64,000 nt of DNA from Mobula birostris (taxonomy: Eukaryota): contig NC_092383.1 of NCBI RefSeq assembly GCF_030028105.1, forward strand, positions 87,687,921 to 87,751,920, read 5' to 3'. Positions 1 to 12,500 of this stretch are shown here, piece by piece. The stretch's first letter is position 1. Each line of letters begins with the position of its first letter. The translations under genes were made by a program, and so were the position numbers. Below the pieces are notes generated by a model. The model was not told the DNA's origin. It saw nothing but the letters and a program-made list of their open reading frames with translations, and made no database searches.

Positions 1-35
1 GATACTACTTTGTGTTTATCTATTTTATACCATAG

Positions 36-356
36 CGTGGGCACATGGCCAAGTGGTTAAGGCATTGGACTAGCGACCTGAAGGTCGTGAGTTCGAGTCC
101 CAGCCGAGGCAACGTGTTGTGTCCTTGAGCAAGCCACTTTATCACATGTTGCTCTGCAATGACACTGGTGTCAAGCTGTATGGGTCCTAATGCCCTTCCC
201 TTGGACAACATTGGTGTTGTGGAGAGGGGAGACTAGCAGCATGGGCAACTGCTGGTCTTCCATACAACTTTGCCCACGCCTGCGCCCTGGAGAGTGAAGA
301 CTTTCCAGGCGCAGATCCATGGTCTCGCAAGACTAACGGATGCCTTTACTTTACTT
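36..356 (+). mobile_element. Full-length tRNA-derived SINE with TSD
   Basis: Pol III A box TGGCCAAGTGG (46-56), B box GTTCGAGTC (91-99), (CTTTA)n tail, 8-bp TSD TACCATAG at 28-35 and 357-364. Confidence 0.85.
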
Positions 357-829
357 TACCATAGAGAAGATGTCAAAATGGTTGTTATGACATGTCTAGT
401 GTGGTAGTGTAGTGGGTAGTGTTTGTCGCTCTCACTTCCAGCTTCCATTGTTGGTTAGCAGTCTTGCGAAAAGGACAGCTGAATGTGTAAGTCTCTCCCT
501 GCCAGTACATAGCCTCTCCAACAGCAAACCTCACGCATTGCCTCCTCACTGGCGACACATGGAAACTGAACTCCTTTTGGATTCAGACTGAACTACAGAG
601 GACGGGGAGGAGGTCTGGCCCCTGCACACATAGCACGCAGGCCCACTGGCATGTGGACGTGTCCTGGTGCTCATGAACCAGATCCTCAGCTATGGGTAAA
701 TAACCCCAATACCTTGTGAGCAGCTTCGGAAGAGACAAAGGCTACGGGAGTAAACCCAGACAGCAAATCCGGAGTGGAGCCCCTCATGTGGCTGAACTTC
801 ATTGAACATCTTTCCAGTCGTCTCTGCAG

Positions 830-1530
830 CCAGGCTGGTTCCTAACATATTGCTTCATAAGTTTTCCTTTGGACTATACTGGTGAGGCTGACAGGGGGGA
901 TCTTGCTGACTGGGCATCTCAGGATCTCCATACCTTCTGCCCAGGTTTGTGATGATCATCATCGTCACCCATTGTCCTTCGAGACAGATGGATGCCAACC
1001 AACCATAGAAGTAAGGAAAAATTTCATTCAAGTTCAAGTTCAAGTTTAATGGTCATTCAACATACGTAAATACCCATGAATACAGCCAAACAAAACCATA
1101 TTACTCCAGGGCCAAGGTACAAAACACAATACTAACAGTCACACACAGTACAAGGCTCATATAAGATAGAAAGTACATATAAGATATCAGTAAAATGCAG
1201 TCACACAAAAAATATTTAGTCCAGGAGGCTGAGTCCTTGAATATTGTAGGCATCTGCTTTCAAACACATGAGCTCTGCCAAGGGAACACTGGGGAGCAAC
1301 ACTGACTCCAGCTTAGATGCCACACCACACTGCCTCTGAAGGAGTGCATTGACTCTAACGCCTCTCTCCTGGGCTGCTGTAAACCAGTGACACTGCGGCT
1401 TGTGGCCTAGTTCTGACTAGGATCAGACCACACAGCTCTCCTTCCATCTGCCCCTGCTGTTTGCCAATAAATCAGTGAATTAAACTTGCAGCATTCCATA
1501 TCAACAATGTACAGTAGGATCTTGCAAACA
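830..1530 (-). mobile_element. Non-autonomous LINE-tail-type repeat ending in (TTGAAC)n (probably Rex1-associated)
   Basis: ttcaagttcaagttcaagtttaat...gtcattcaac at about 1027-1060; the same motif recurs at 15597 and 56022. Confidence 0.4.
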
Positions 1531-4117
1531 CAAGAAAAGTGACTAAGATGATCTCATACTGTTAGATTGCAGACTGTCTTTGCACACCGACTCCTCCAGC
1601 ACCTGTCTGACATAGGTAGCAGCATAATCCACAACAAGTCCAGCTTCTTCACTTTCTCCATTAATGAGCAACTCGTTGATGGGGCAGACCTGCAGTATTT
1701 TAAATTCTTAATCTTCAACACAGTCTTATGGTCATGTGATCTTAAAAATATGATTAAATTTGTGGATAAGAGTCAACCAATCAGGAATCACCTGTTCAAT
1801 ATTGCAGTATCAAGTTAATCAATGAGAAAGCAATTACTCAAATAATGCAGAACAGAGGCTTCCAGAGCTTTCCAGAATTATACTTTGTACAGCCACCAGA
1901 GGCATATTAAACTGTTATGTGCATATAAGAACAAAAATAAGTAAATACTTAATTGTTAGACTGCAAAGAAAATAACAATTAAACAGTCTAATCTAAGAAT
2001 TAAACTCTAAGAAATAAAAAGATGGCACCAGCGGTTTTTGCAGACCAAGGCGACTTCTCCCAGTTCATCCACAAAGCAGCTTATTCTTTGTCTCTTATGT
2101 CTTTCTTTTCTTTTCAAGGTGGTTGGTGTTCTGTCAGAGTCCATGATCTTCAGCTCAAACTATAGCTCTTCAGACTGGCTGCATAGCTTGCTGCTTTGCT
2201 ATCTTCAGAAACGGCCTGGAAGACATGCGCTTTTGGGGAGTGATGCTGTAGGCCACCCAGATCCTCGCTGATTTCACTGACTGAAGCATCACGTAAGACT
2301 GAAACATTAGGACATCAAGCAGTGTGTGCTGCTGTTAGAAGAAGACCTCTGCACTCGAGCAATCCCTCTCTCTTTTTGATGGAGTTGAGAGCCTGTCAAT
2401 CCTCGTCAGGTTGCGGGTAGGGGAGGAGGAGTGACACATCAGGTAGTAACATTGAAACAGCAAGTTGCTGGTCTCCACTCTCGCTGCAGGAGCGACCTCT
2501 CTCTCCCATGATGAAGAGATAGAGAGCTTTACTGAGATACTGAAGTGCTGGGTTATGGACTGTAGTTTTTGATGGATTCTAGATCAAGATTTCTTTGGGG
2601 GGCTTTTACTATTGCTTGCATGATGGTGAGGTGGGCTCGGTGCTACAGCTGAAGAAGGGGGGGAAGAAGGGTCAATGTTTTTCTTGTTGCTTGTGCTTGG
2701 AAGGGGGGGGCTTTCTGATTTGCTATTATTCATTCTTTGGGGCTTCTTGTTTCATGACTGTGTGTGAAGAGTAAGAATTTCAGGGTGTATACTGTACACA
2801 TTCTCTGATATATTCTATTGAACCATTTGAAGCATTTGAGCAAAACATTCATTTCCCATCCTCCACATGGAATGGCTATTTCAAAGAGCAGTCAAGACAG
2901 TCATGTTCTGCTGAATATTGTGAGCCTCCAATGCTGGCACCAAAACATGTACTGACAATATTTAATCCTTTCTGCCTTGGAGAAGCCAGTTCATCTCTGC
3001 AGATGTTTAGAGGCAAATGACTTGGATCAGTGTGGAGCCACACTTCATCGAGATAGAGTGAGTATATAAAACTCCCTTCTAATATAGCATTAGTCAACCA
3101 AAAGGATTCTACGACAATTCAGTAGTTGCATGGTCACTATCACTAATTCCTCACCGACTTGAATTTAAATTCACCAGCTGCCTAGAAGTACCTAGAATTC
3201 AATTCCTTGGTCAACATTCCAGGATTATGAATCACTATTGTACTAATTTTACAGAACTGCCATGTTCTGTAGTTTAAAATTCATTATTTTATCAGATCAT
3301 AGGGTTATCCAGCACAGAAATAGTCGACTAAGCCTTTGCAATTCAAATGCTCATTCATATGCTTAAGGTCACAAGACTTCGGACCAACCAGTCTATGCTG
3401 ATCAAATTGTCCACCCAGATAGTCCCCACTTCCAGTTTTGGACAATATCCCTTCAAGCCCTGGCCCCCCATGTACCTCTCAAAGTGCTTTTTTAAATGAT
3501 ACAACCACCTTCTGCATGAAAATGTTGCTCCTCAGGTCCCTTATAAACCCTTCATCTTTCACTCACACTTCTTAGATTTCATGAGAGTTTCTACCTCCGA
3601 TACCCCCTTGGGTATCCCAGACTCATCCCAGTCTACTCACACACACAGTGCGAAAAAAGACTCTTCCTAAAATGCCTTCCTAAACCTACCTTATCTGGCT
3701 CTAAACACTGAGAATGTTTAAATGAAAGTGTTCAAAACCTTCCAAAGCACAAAGGCATAGACAAATACTCCCAAGAAAGAAAACGGACAATTTTTTCAGC
3801 AAATATTAAAGCAATTCACATCTTTAAAATGCATTTTGCAGGATTGGAACTATTTAATAGAGATTGCAAAAGCTGTAATTTTTAAACTCACAGCAGCCAT
3901 TTTGGCACGAACAATTAAACAGTTGATACAATTCTTCCAACAAGGCTCAGTAAGAAAACAATTAGGCTTTCACATTGGCCTGGGTATTGTACAATGAATG
4001 CCTTGGTACTCATTTATTCACACAAAACATGCTGCAAACTCTGGGGCTGTCAAAAGCAAAACCTGAACTTTCTATTCTCAGTTTCATTTGGAGGTCATGA
4101 TCTTGCAAGTGTGGAGG

Positions 4118-4127
4118 GGAAGTGAAA
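4118..4127 (+). promoter_or_regulatory. Candidate PU.1/IRF composite element (EICE) GGAAGTGAAA
   Basis: Exact match to GGAAnnGAAA inside GGGGAAGTGAAAG, about 82 nt upstream of the gene 1 ATG. Motif match only. Confidence 0.5.
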
Positions 4128-4208
4128 GTTTGGACACAGCAGAGCCGAAGTAGGACTGGGCAAACAAAAAGGCTGTTCGCAATCTGGAATTAACAACAGT
4201 AATTAAAA

Positions 4209-4248
4209 ATGGGTATGACTCTTCTACTATTGGTCACTTTCCTCTCAG
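4209..4248 (+). CDS. Gene 1 exon 1: leader MGMTLLLLVTFLS(V)
   Basis: ATG at 4209 in context AAAATGG, 13 hydrophobic codons + G, donor GTAAG at 4249. Phase 1 joins the Ig exon to give ...FLSVTYA|DITGP, a plausible cleavage site. Confidence 0.8.
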
Positions 4249-6503
4249 GTAAGAAAACATTGATCTTATTTAGATTTTTCAAAATATTGTAACTGTAGTA
4301 TTGTATTGTGAAATATTGAGTTAAAGAAGTAATGTAGGTTTGCATCTGTCTGACCAGAACTGAGATCTGTGAGGAATTCTGGCAACAGTATTTTTGATGC
4401 CTCTCAAAACAGAATTCTCTCTTAACTCTCAGAGAAATGTTAATCTGTGCCACTTTCCAGCAGTGACAATAGAGGAACAAAACACTTGGTATAATTGCCA
4501 GGCGACCAGAATTTAAACATGGCCAAGTTGAATTCTTTCATCAGATAAAGCACTGCATACAGAATCTTGGACTAAAAGGGCATTGTGCTTCATTTGGTAA
4601 AATTTACAGCAATGTACCTCATTTAAGTCGCTGATATGTTAAACCAGATAAAATGATAACAATACTCCTGTCAAGAGCACAATTGAGAATGCAAAATGAT
4701 CTTTTAAAATCAATTTATGTGCAATGTTGTGGAGAGTCATAAGTGATAAAAAAAAATCTAAACACCATTCTAAAGCTTTCAGTTCCTATAACGTCCTCAA
4801 ATAACAAAACTGAATTATAAAGATTTTTGTTACCATTTGTTACTCTTTTCTGGGAAGTGAGATTTTAACTGCTAGTTAACACAGTATAACATTGCTTAAT
4901 TCTGTATAACACAGAGGCAATGTCTGCCATTCAGCTTTGCTGATTTGTAATAATGAGCCGTTAAGCTGTGGCTTATATGAAGCAACTTTATATGCTCTTG
5001 AGCTGACAAGGGAATTTCAGTTCCTGGCATCTGTAAAACTAGTTGGCAGCCAATTAGTTAAAAGACTCAGCCTCTTTATAAATAATTCTGCTCAGCTGAT
5101 TCAAATGAAGAGAAATCACTTCTTTATTCGTAATAGGCCAAGTTTGTCTAAAGTTTACGTCTTTGGACAATGCTCAGTATTATTAGCAGCAGAGCCTGGT
5201 TCCACTCAAGTTTCAGTTATGCCAGGGTTACCAAACTTTTTGTGCCATTAACTGAGGGGTCTGTAGACACCTAGCTGGGAACCCTTGGGTTACACCTATT
5301 TTACTTGGGTGGTTCTTAAGCAATAGATAGACAGATACTTTTTTGGTCCTGGTGGAAATTACAGTGTCACTGTAGCATTACAAGTGCACAGATATAGCAC
5401 TTTGAAATCCATGGTAGTGCTCTTATACTGAGGTTCCTTCCTGAATACAGATTGCTTTTATTCATTGTTTTGTGAAAGAATTTCAGTTTCTGTAAAATAT
5501 CAAGTTATTGCAAGCACCTTTTGGCAGTATCAGTGCTTTCCTCCAAGGAGTGTAGTGCAGCCAGAGACAGCATCACTCAGAAGAAATGTTAAACCAAAGA
5601 CCTATGATACTATTTCTATAGAAGTCATTCCTTCCACAACCCATTTTATTCCTTAGAGAACAGCATAGAAAATAACCTGGTTACAAGCACATAACAATTT
5701 CTGAGATCTTGTTGTGCACACATAGCTGCTAGGGTTCTTACATTAAAATGGCATTTGCTCATCAAAAAAAAACACTTTGAGACAATGTCAGACCATGGAA
5801 AGTATTACATATACAGTCTTCCGTTAATATTATCATCTGCCAATAAATTATTCTGCATGTTATTTATTTAGAAGATAGACTGAATCATTATGTTTGGTGA
5901 TTTTTAAAAATGTGCTAAGAGCCTTTAAGTAGTTGGTGGTAGGACTGGGTGGTGGACTGAAATTAACTTGTTAGAATCTAAGAATCTCCAATCTCCTGAA
6001 TTGATCGGTTTTAACTCAAAGTGTCGTTATCAGACTTTGCTAAATGCTCTTAATAGGCTGGCCTGGTTGAATGGAATTCAGCATAAATAACAAATACAAA
6101 AGATTCTGCAGATTTCGTAAATCCAGAGTAACACACAAAAGCTGCAGTAACTCAGCAGGTCAGGAAGTATCTACGGACTGGAATAAGCAGTCAATGTTTC
6201 AAGCAGGGACCCTTCATCAGATCCTGTCAATCTGTCAAAATTGAGGTGGTTTTCCACCATTGACCAGTGCACAGATATTTCTGTGTAAACCTTCAGTGTG
6301 GACTGGAAGAAATCTTCAACACATCATTTGACACTAGCTTCAAAACAGACTCCAGAATTCAAAGCACAAGTGGTACTGCAGATGCTTGAAATCTAGAGCA
6401 ACATACACAAAGTATTGGGGAATAAGCAATGTTTTGGGCCGAGATACTTCCGGTCCATAGATTCTCCCTGACCTGTTGAGTTCCTCCAGCACTGTGTGTG
6501 CGT

Positions 6504-6544
<41 letters not shown>

Positions 6545-9500
6545 GATTACTGATGTAGAATTTTATACAGCCTATTGAAAACATTGCAGATAAGATAATG
6601 TTTCTGTTCTCTTTATATTCAACATTAATCCCATTGGCTAAAAGGGGAGGGATTTTCCAAAGAGTCTAGAAATGCCAGCCTTCTGAAAATGGATGCCAAT
6701 TTTTTCTGGTCACCTATTACGAAACTAAGGGGAAGCTCCACCTCTTGAAGATATGTGATGCATTAAGTCCATAGGATGCAGGAGCAGAATTAGACTATTC
6801 GGTTCATCAATTTTTGTCCACCATTTGATCATGGCTAGTAAATTCCCCATTCTCCTGCCATCGAGGCATTAAAAAAACACAGCCTCCCAAAGCAGTAGTG
6901 ATCACACATACATTTTATGGTCACCTGCTTCCTGGAGCACTTTGAGTTACTTAACTGTGAGTGGGATCAAATTCTTTTGTATTGAAGATCTGACCAAGGC
7001 ACTTGTCATGGCAAGACCTTCCACTGAAATGGCACATTCAAAAAAGCAATGTACCACAAGCCGCTTCACAGGATTTTTAACAACTAATTTTGGATGCCAA
7101 GCACATAAGCAGATATTTGGACAGTGATCAAAAAATTAGTTAGAGGCAGTTTGAAGAGAAACATATGGAAAAAAAGAGGAAGAGAAGAAGGAGTGGCTTA
7201 GGGTCGGAACTCAGGGACCAAGGGCCTAGGCAGCTGAAGTCATGACTTCTGATGGGAGAAATGATTGATCGATTTGTAATCAATTTAAGGCCAGAAATGA
7301 ATGCGTGCAGCGATATCGAAGAAACTGAATGGAGAAAGTGAGGATGGAGGAGAGGGAGAGCTGATGGTGTTACTGTGAGACCATGATTTGTAAACAAGGA
7401 ATCAAAATCAGAATCCGGTTTATTATCACTAATATGTTGTAAAATTTGCTGTTTTGTGGCAGCAGTACAGTGCAATACATAAAAATACTATAATTTACAA
7501 TAAAAAATAATGTTAACAAATAAATAGGTAAATAAATAGATAAATACATACATAGATATATATAGATAGAAAGATAGTTATGAATAGATAGATAGTGCAA
7601 AAGAGGAATAGTGTGGTTGGGTCCGTGGACCATTCAGAAATCTGATGGCAGAGTGGAAGAAGCTCTGTGTCTTCAGGTTCTCGGACTTTTTAGTAATTAA
7701 AAGAAGGCAAGTTCTGAATGGTAAGGATCGTTAATGATGGATGCCACCTTCTTGAGGAACTACCTTCTGAAGACGCCCTTAATGGTGGGGAGGTTTGTGC
7801 TCATGGTGAAGCTGGCTGAGACAAGAACACTGCAGCCTCTTTCAGTCCTATGCATTGGAGCCTCCATACCAGTTTATGACACAACCAGTCAGTATGCTCT
7901 TCAGGTAAAATTGAGACCTTGTTAATGGGGCCTTGAGTAATGGTTGGGTGAATGGAACTTCCAATGACTTTGAACACAGGCAGCAGATCTGCAGATGTCC
8001 TTGGACTCGGGAGCCTGATGGAAAGTGTGTTGGTGGAGTCAGATAACAAATGACCAGAAAAGGATTTCACAGTAGACAGGCCGTGGCACAACAGAGCTTA
8101 AATAAAGAATAGGTCAATATTACCACGTCTAAAAGCTGAATGACCTTTTTACCATCAATAAACATTTTAATGGTTATGATTGCGGAGTGACTGGAGAGAC
8201 TTGGAGAACAAGGCAGATCATCAAAACAAAATTAAACCAAAATCACCCCACAGACTTCCATGATGTGCATAATAATGTAAATGTAGTGGGTTTCAGTCTG
8301 ACTCATATCTTTTACATCCAAGTTCTTGTAACCTTCAGACCTGGGTATCCTGTAGTTTACTCTGGCCTGTGTTGATCAGTCACAGCAGCCACCTATTGTC
8401 TGTTGCTTCAACGTCTACAAGGGTAGCAGCCAGCTGATGTTTACCTGGGTATGAGTAGGCGGTTTATTTCTCTGGATAGTTCAAAACTCACAGTGGATAA
8501 TAATATAAACTTGATTATTTTTGATAAAGTGGCATCAGTGTCCATGAAGTTGCAGAATATTAATAAAAATCAACACTTTTTACTAATTGTCCTCTGATAA
8601 GGAAACCTACCACATTTATCACGTTTGGCTTATTTGTGACTCCAGACCCATAAAAACATGGTTAAATCTTAACTATTATTGGAAATGGCCCAGCAAAGCT
8701 AGACAGTAGTTAATCTCTGGCGACACTTGCCTGTGGCAATCCCCAGCACATCCTTAAGACTAAATTGATTGTTAAAGCAAACATCACATTTCATTGTACA
8801 TGTGACAAATAAATCTAAACCTGAATCAGCTCTTTACCCGAGTATCATATCATAATGGCCCTCATTCTTCAACTCCAAGTCCAAGGGCAGGATTTTAGAC
8901 ACAGATTGGAATTTTCCCCACATACACCCTCCGGGCCCTGATCACTGTGAATTCCCCAGCTGATCGCTCATCCAACATTCCAGGCCCAGACTATGGTCTT
9001 CAAACTAATGTGGTTTTGTAATTCTTTGTCTGTTAGACGTCACTGGTGCCAAGCTGTATGGGTCCTAATGCCCTTCCCTTGAACAACATTGGTGTCATGA
9101 AGAGGGGAGACTTGCAGCATGGGCAACTGCTGGTCTTCCATACAACCTTGCCCAGGCCTGTGCCCTGGAGAGTGAAGACTTTCCAGGCGCAGATCCATGG
9201 TCTCGCAAGACTAACGGATGTCTGTTAGATTTCAGATGAACAAACTCAGCAACTTGTAGATCTGTGCATGGAGAGATGTAATCAACTAAAAGTAAAATAG
9301 TTAGACCAGATGATGGCCTGGCACAGAGAGGGTAAGTGTGAAAGGCAAGGAAAATGAAAGAGAGGAGCAGAGGAAGAAAATGAGTAGAGCAGTCAATGAC
9401 ATGGCACAGAGAGGGATAATAAATCAGCCATGATGGAATGGAGGAGCAGACTCAATAGACTAATTGGCCCAATTCTGCTGCATATCATCATGTCTAAAAG

Positions 9501-12500
9501 CTGAATGAGTCCACACTGACCTCTTGTTTCCATCCAGGGGGTCAGTGTGGACGTGGTGGAGGATTACAAGTACCTGGGGATACGAATTGACAATAAACTG
9601 GACTGGTCAAAGAACACTGAGGCTGTCTACAAGAAGGGTCAGAGCCATCTCTATTTCCTGAGGAGACTGAGGTCCTTTAACATCTGTCGGATGATGCTGA
9701 GGATGTTCTACGAGTCTGTGGTGGCCAGTGCTATCATGTTTGCTGTTGTGTGCTGGTGCAGCAGGCTGAGGGTAGCAGACACCAACAGAATCAACAAACT
9801 CATTCGTAAGGCCAGTGATGTTGTGGGGATGGAACTGGACTCTCTGACGGTGGTGTCTGAAAAGAGGATGCTGTCCAAGTTGCATGCCATCTTGGACAAT
9901 GTCTCCCATCCACTACATAATGTACTGGTTGGGCACAGGAGTACATTCAGCCAGAGACTCATTCCACCGAGATACAACACTGAGCGTCATAGGAAGTCAT
10001 TCTTGTCTGTGGCCATCAAATTTTACAGCTCCTCATTTGGAGGGTCAGACACCCTGAGCCAATAGGCTGGTCCTGGACTTATTTCCTGGCATAATTTACA
10101 TATTATTATTTAATTATTTATGGTCTTATATTGCTATTTTTATACTCTATTCTTGGTTGGTGTAACTGTAATGAAACTTAATTTCCCTCGGGATGAATAA
10201 AGTATGTCTGTCTGTCTGACTGTATATCTTATGGCCTTATTGACATACACTCAGTAATCACTTTATAAGGTACAGAGGTACCTAATAAAGTGGCCACTGA
10301 GTGTATATGGCAATTACATGAGGGTTTCAATTAAATGGAGTCAAAGACTCATAAAGCTCATAAATAGGCCCTTCAGCCACCATCTCCATGCTATCCCTTA
10401 CTTCTTTACATAAGCTATTTTGTGCACAGCAGTATAAGCATTTATCTCTTGTACTTTACAACATGTTATATTTTCACACTTACAGTGACATACGCTGACA
10501 TAACTGGACCAAGTGCGAAAACTGGAACGGTGGGAAATGAAGTTGAAATCGACTGCAAGTTTAACCCATTTTTCAGAAGCTATCAGAAGTACTGGTGCAA
10601 AGGATACTACCGCAGGACCTGTACTGTTTTAGTACAAACACAAGGCCCTGAGATGAAAAGTGGAGACGGCAGAATAACAATTGCAGCTAACAACAAAAAA
10701 GGAGAACTTACAATACGAATAGAAAGATTAAGAAAAAGTGATGAGGGTTGGTATTGGTGTGGAATAGATAAACCTCATCTTCTGGATCCTTTAAGTGCTG
10801 TAGAACTGAAAATTCGTGAAGGTAAGATATTACTCTGACCTGCAAGTCCCAGACTTGTATGTCCTTTGCATAAATTTAAGATATTCTGCAGATGATAGAA
10901 ATCCAAAGGAACAAACACAAAATACTGAAGAAACTCAGCAGGTCAGGCAGCATCTATGTAGAGGAACGTACAGCCGATGTTTTGGTCTGAGCCCAAAACA
11001 TCATTCTTCTCCATAGATGCTGCCTGACCTGCTGAATTATTTTGTGTTTGTTCTTTTATATGGTCCTTTCTCTGTTTTCTCTCTCTAACTGCCTTTATTA
11101 ATCTGTCAGAATGATTTAAAACACAAGAGGTTCCGCAGATGCAGGAAATCCAGAGTAACACGTACAATATTCTGGGAGAACTCAGCGGGTCAGTTAGCAT
11201 CTATGGAAATGAATGAACAGTCAATGTTTTGTACCAGACTCTTTATCAGGTCTTGGCCTGAAGCATTGAAAGTTTATTCCTTTCCATAGATGCTGCCTGA
11301 CATGCTGAGTTCCTCCAGCATTTTGTGTGTAACAGAATGATTTGTTTGGTCAAATTTATGTTTGTTAACATGTCTGACATTCACCTTTACATTTCTGTAC
11401 GTGAGAAACTGAGCCGAATTAGTTATGTTAGTAGGCGACATGTTGGCATAGCAGTTGGCATAACTCTATTGTAGTGCCAGGGATCCAGGTTCCATTCCAT
11501 CACTGCCTGTAATGAGCTTGTAGGTTCTTCCCTGATCGTGTGAGTTTCCTCCAGGTGCTCTAATTTTTCCACACATTCCAAAGATATAGGGGTTAGTAGG
11601 TTAATTAGTCACATGGGTATTATTGGGCAGCGTAGCCTCATTGGGCATGTAGTGTGCTGTATCTCGACATAAATGAAATAAGCATTAACACTTTGGACCC
11701 AAGATCAGGACAGAGGTTGTGTATCTCACCCGCTGTCTCTCCAATGCCATTTCACCATTGACAAGGTGGGAGTATGCTGGAGTCGCCTCCATTTGCCTGA
11801 AAGAATGTAGATCTAATCGTACAGAAGAAAACTGATATCACAGAGGCATTTTAATGGACAATGAAAATATTTTAAAAACTGCAGATGCTGGAAATCCTAA
11901 ATAAAATCAGAAAATGCTGAGAACACTCAGCAGGTCAGGTAGCATCTGCAGAAACATTATTTATTTCAGTTTGAAGGTCATTCATCAAACTGGAAAACTG
12001 AATAAAAAGATTAGTTTTAAGTTGCAAAAGGATGGGGTTGGGATATCTCTGAGAGAGTGAGAGCAGAATTGCCATGGTGATACGTTGTTTATTAAACCAC
12101 CTGGTTGACAGATTATGAAGGCAGTTGGAGAGTAAGAAATAAAGTTGTGTATGATTATGAAAGGAAGATCAAATTTTATATATCGCTTTGTTCTCTCCTT
12201 CTCTATCTGCTCTTTTCCTTGTAATGGATCAAGCAGAAATCAATTGAAAATGGTGGTCAGTAGGGTAGGGAGCATATTTGGAAAGAGATGCAGAGTTATC
12301 ATTCACGTTCGTTTATCACATCAGAAAGAGTGAGAAAACCGTTAGCTTTTATTTTTTATGTTTCAGGGAGGGTGCCAACAATAGATAGGACTAAGGGAAA
12401 TCGCTGAGAGGGTGACGACAGTGTTGCTAGAGTGATGTTCTTCCTATGGAGCTGTGCAGTTGGTGAATTAGTAAAAGGGTGTTGGAGAAAGAACAAACAG

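Noticed and set aside
39-110. tRNA gene
   Set aside because: It has A/B boxes but no pairing acceptor stem, and it continues into a SINE body with a tail and TSD. It is a SINE head.
10422-10838. ORF-track protein starting at 10422 as a single-exon gene
   Set aside because: The N- and C-terminal parts are intron read-through. The real exon is bounded by AG at 10485 and GT at 10822.
12367-12410. Candidate stalk exon after tttttatgtttcag
   Set aside because: In-frame TGA within 13 codons and no suitable donor; 12673..12709 fits the phases exactly.
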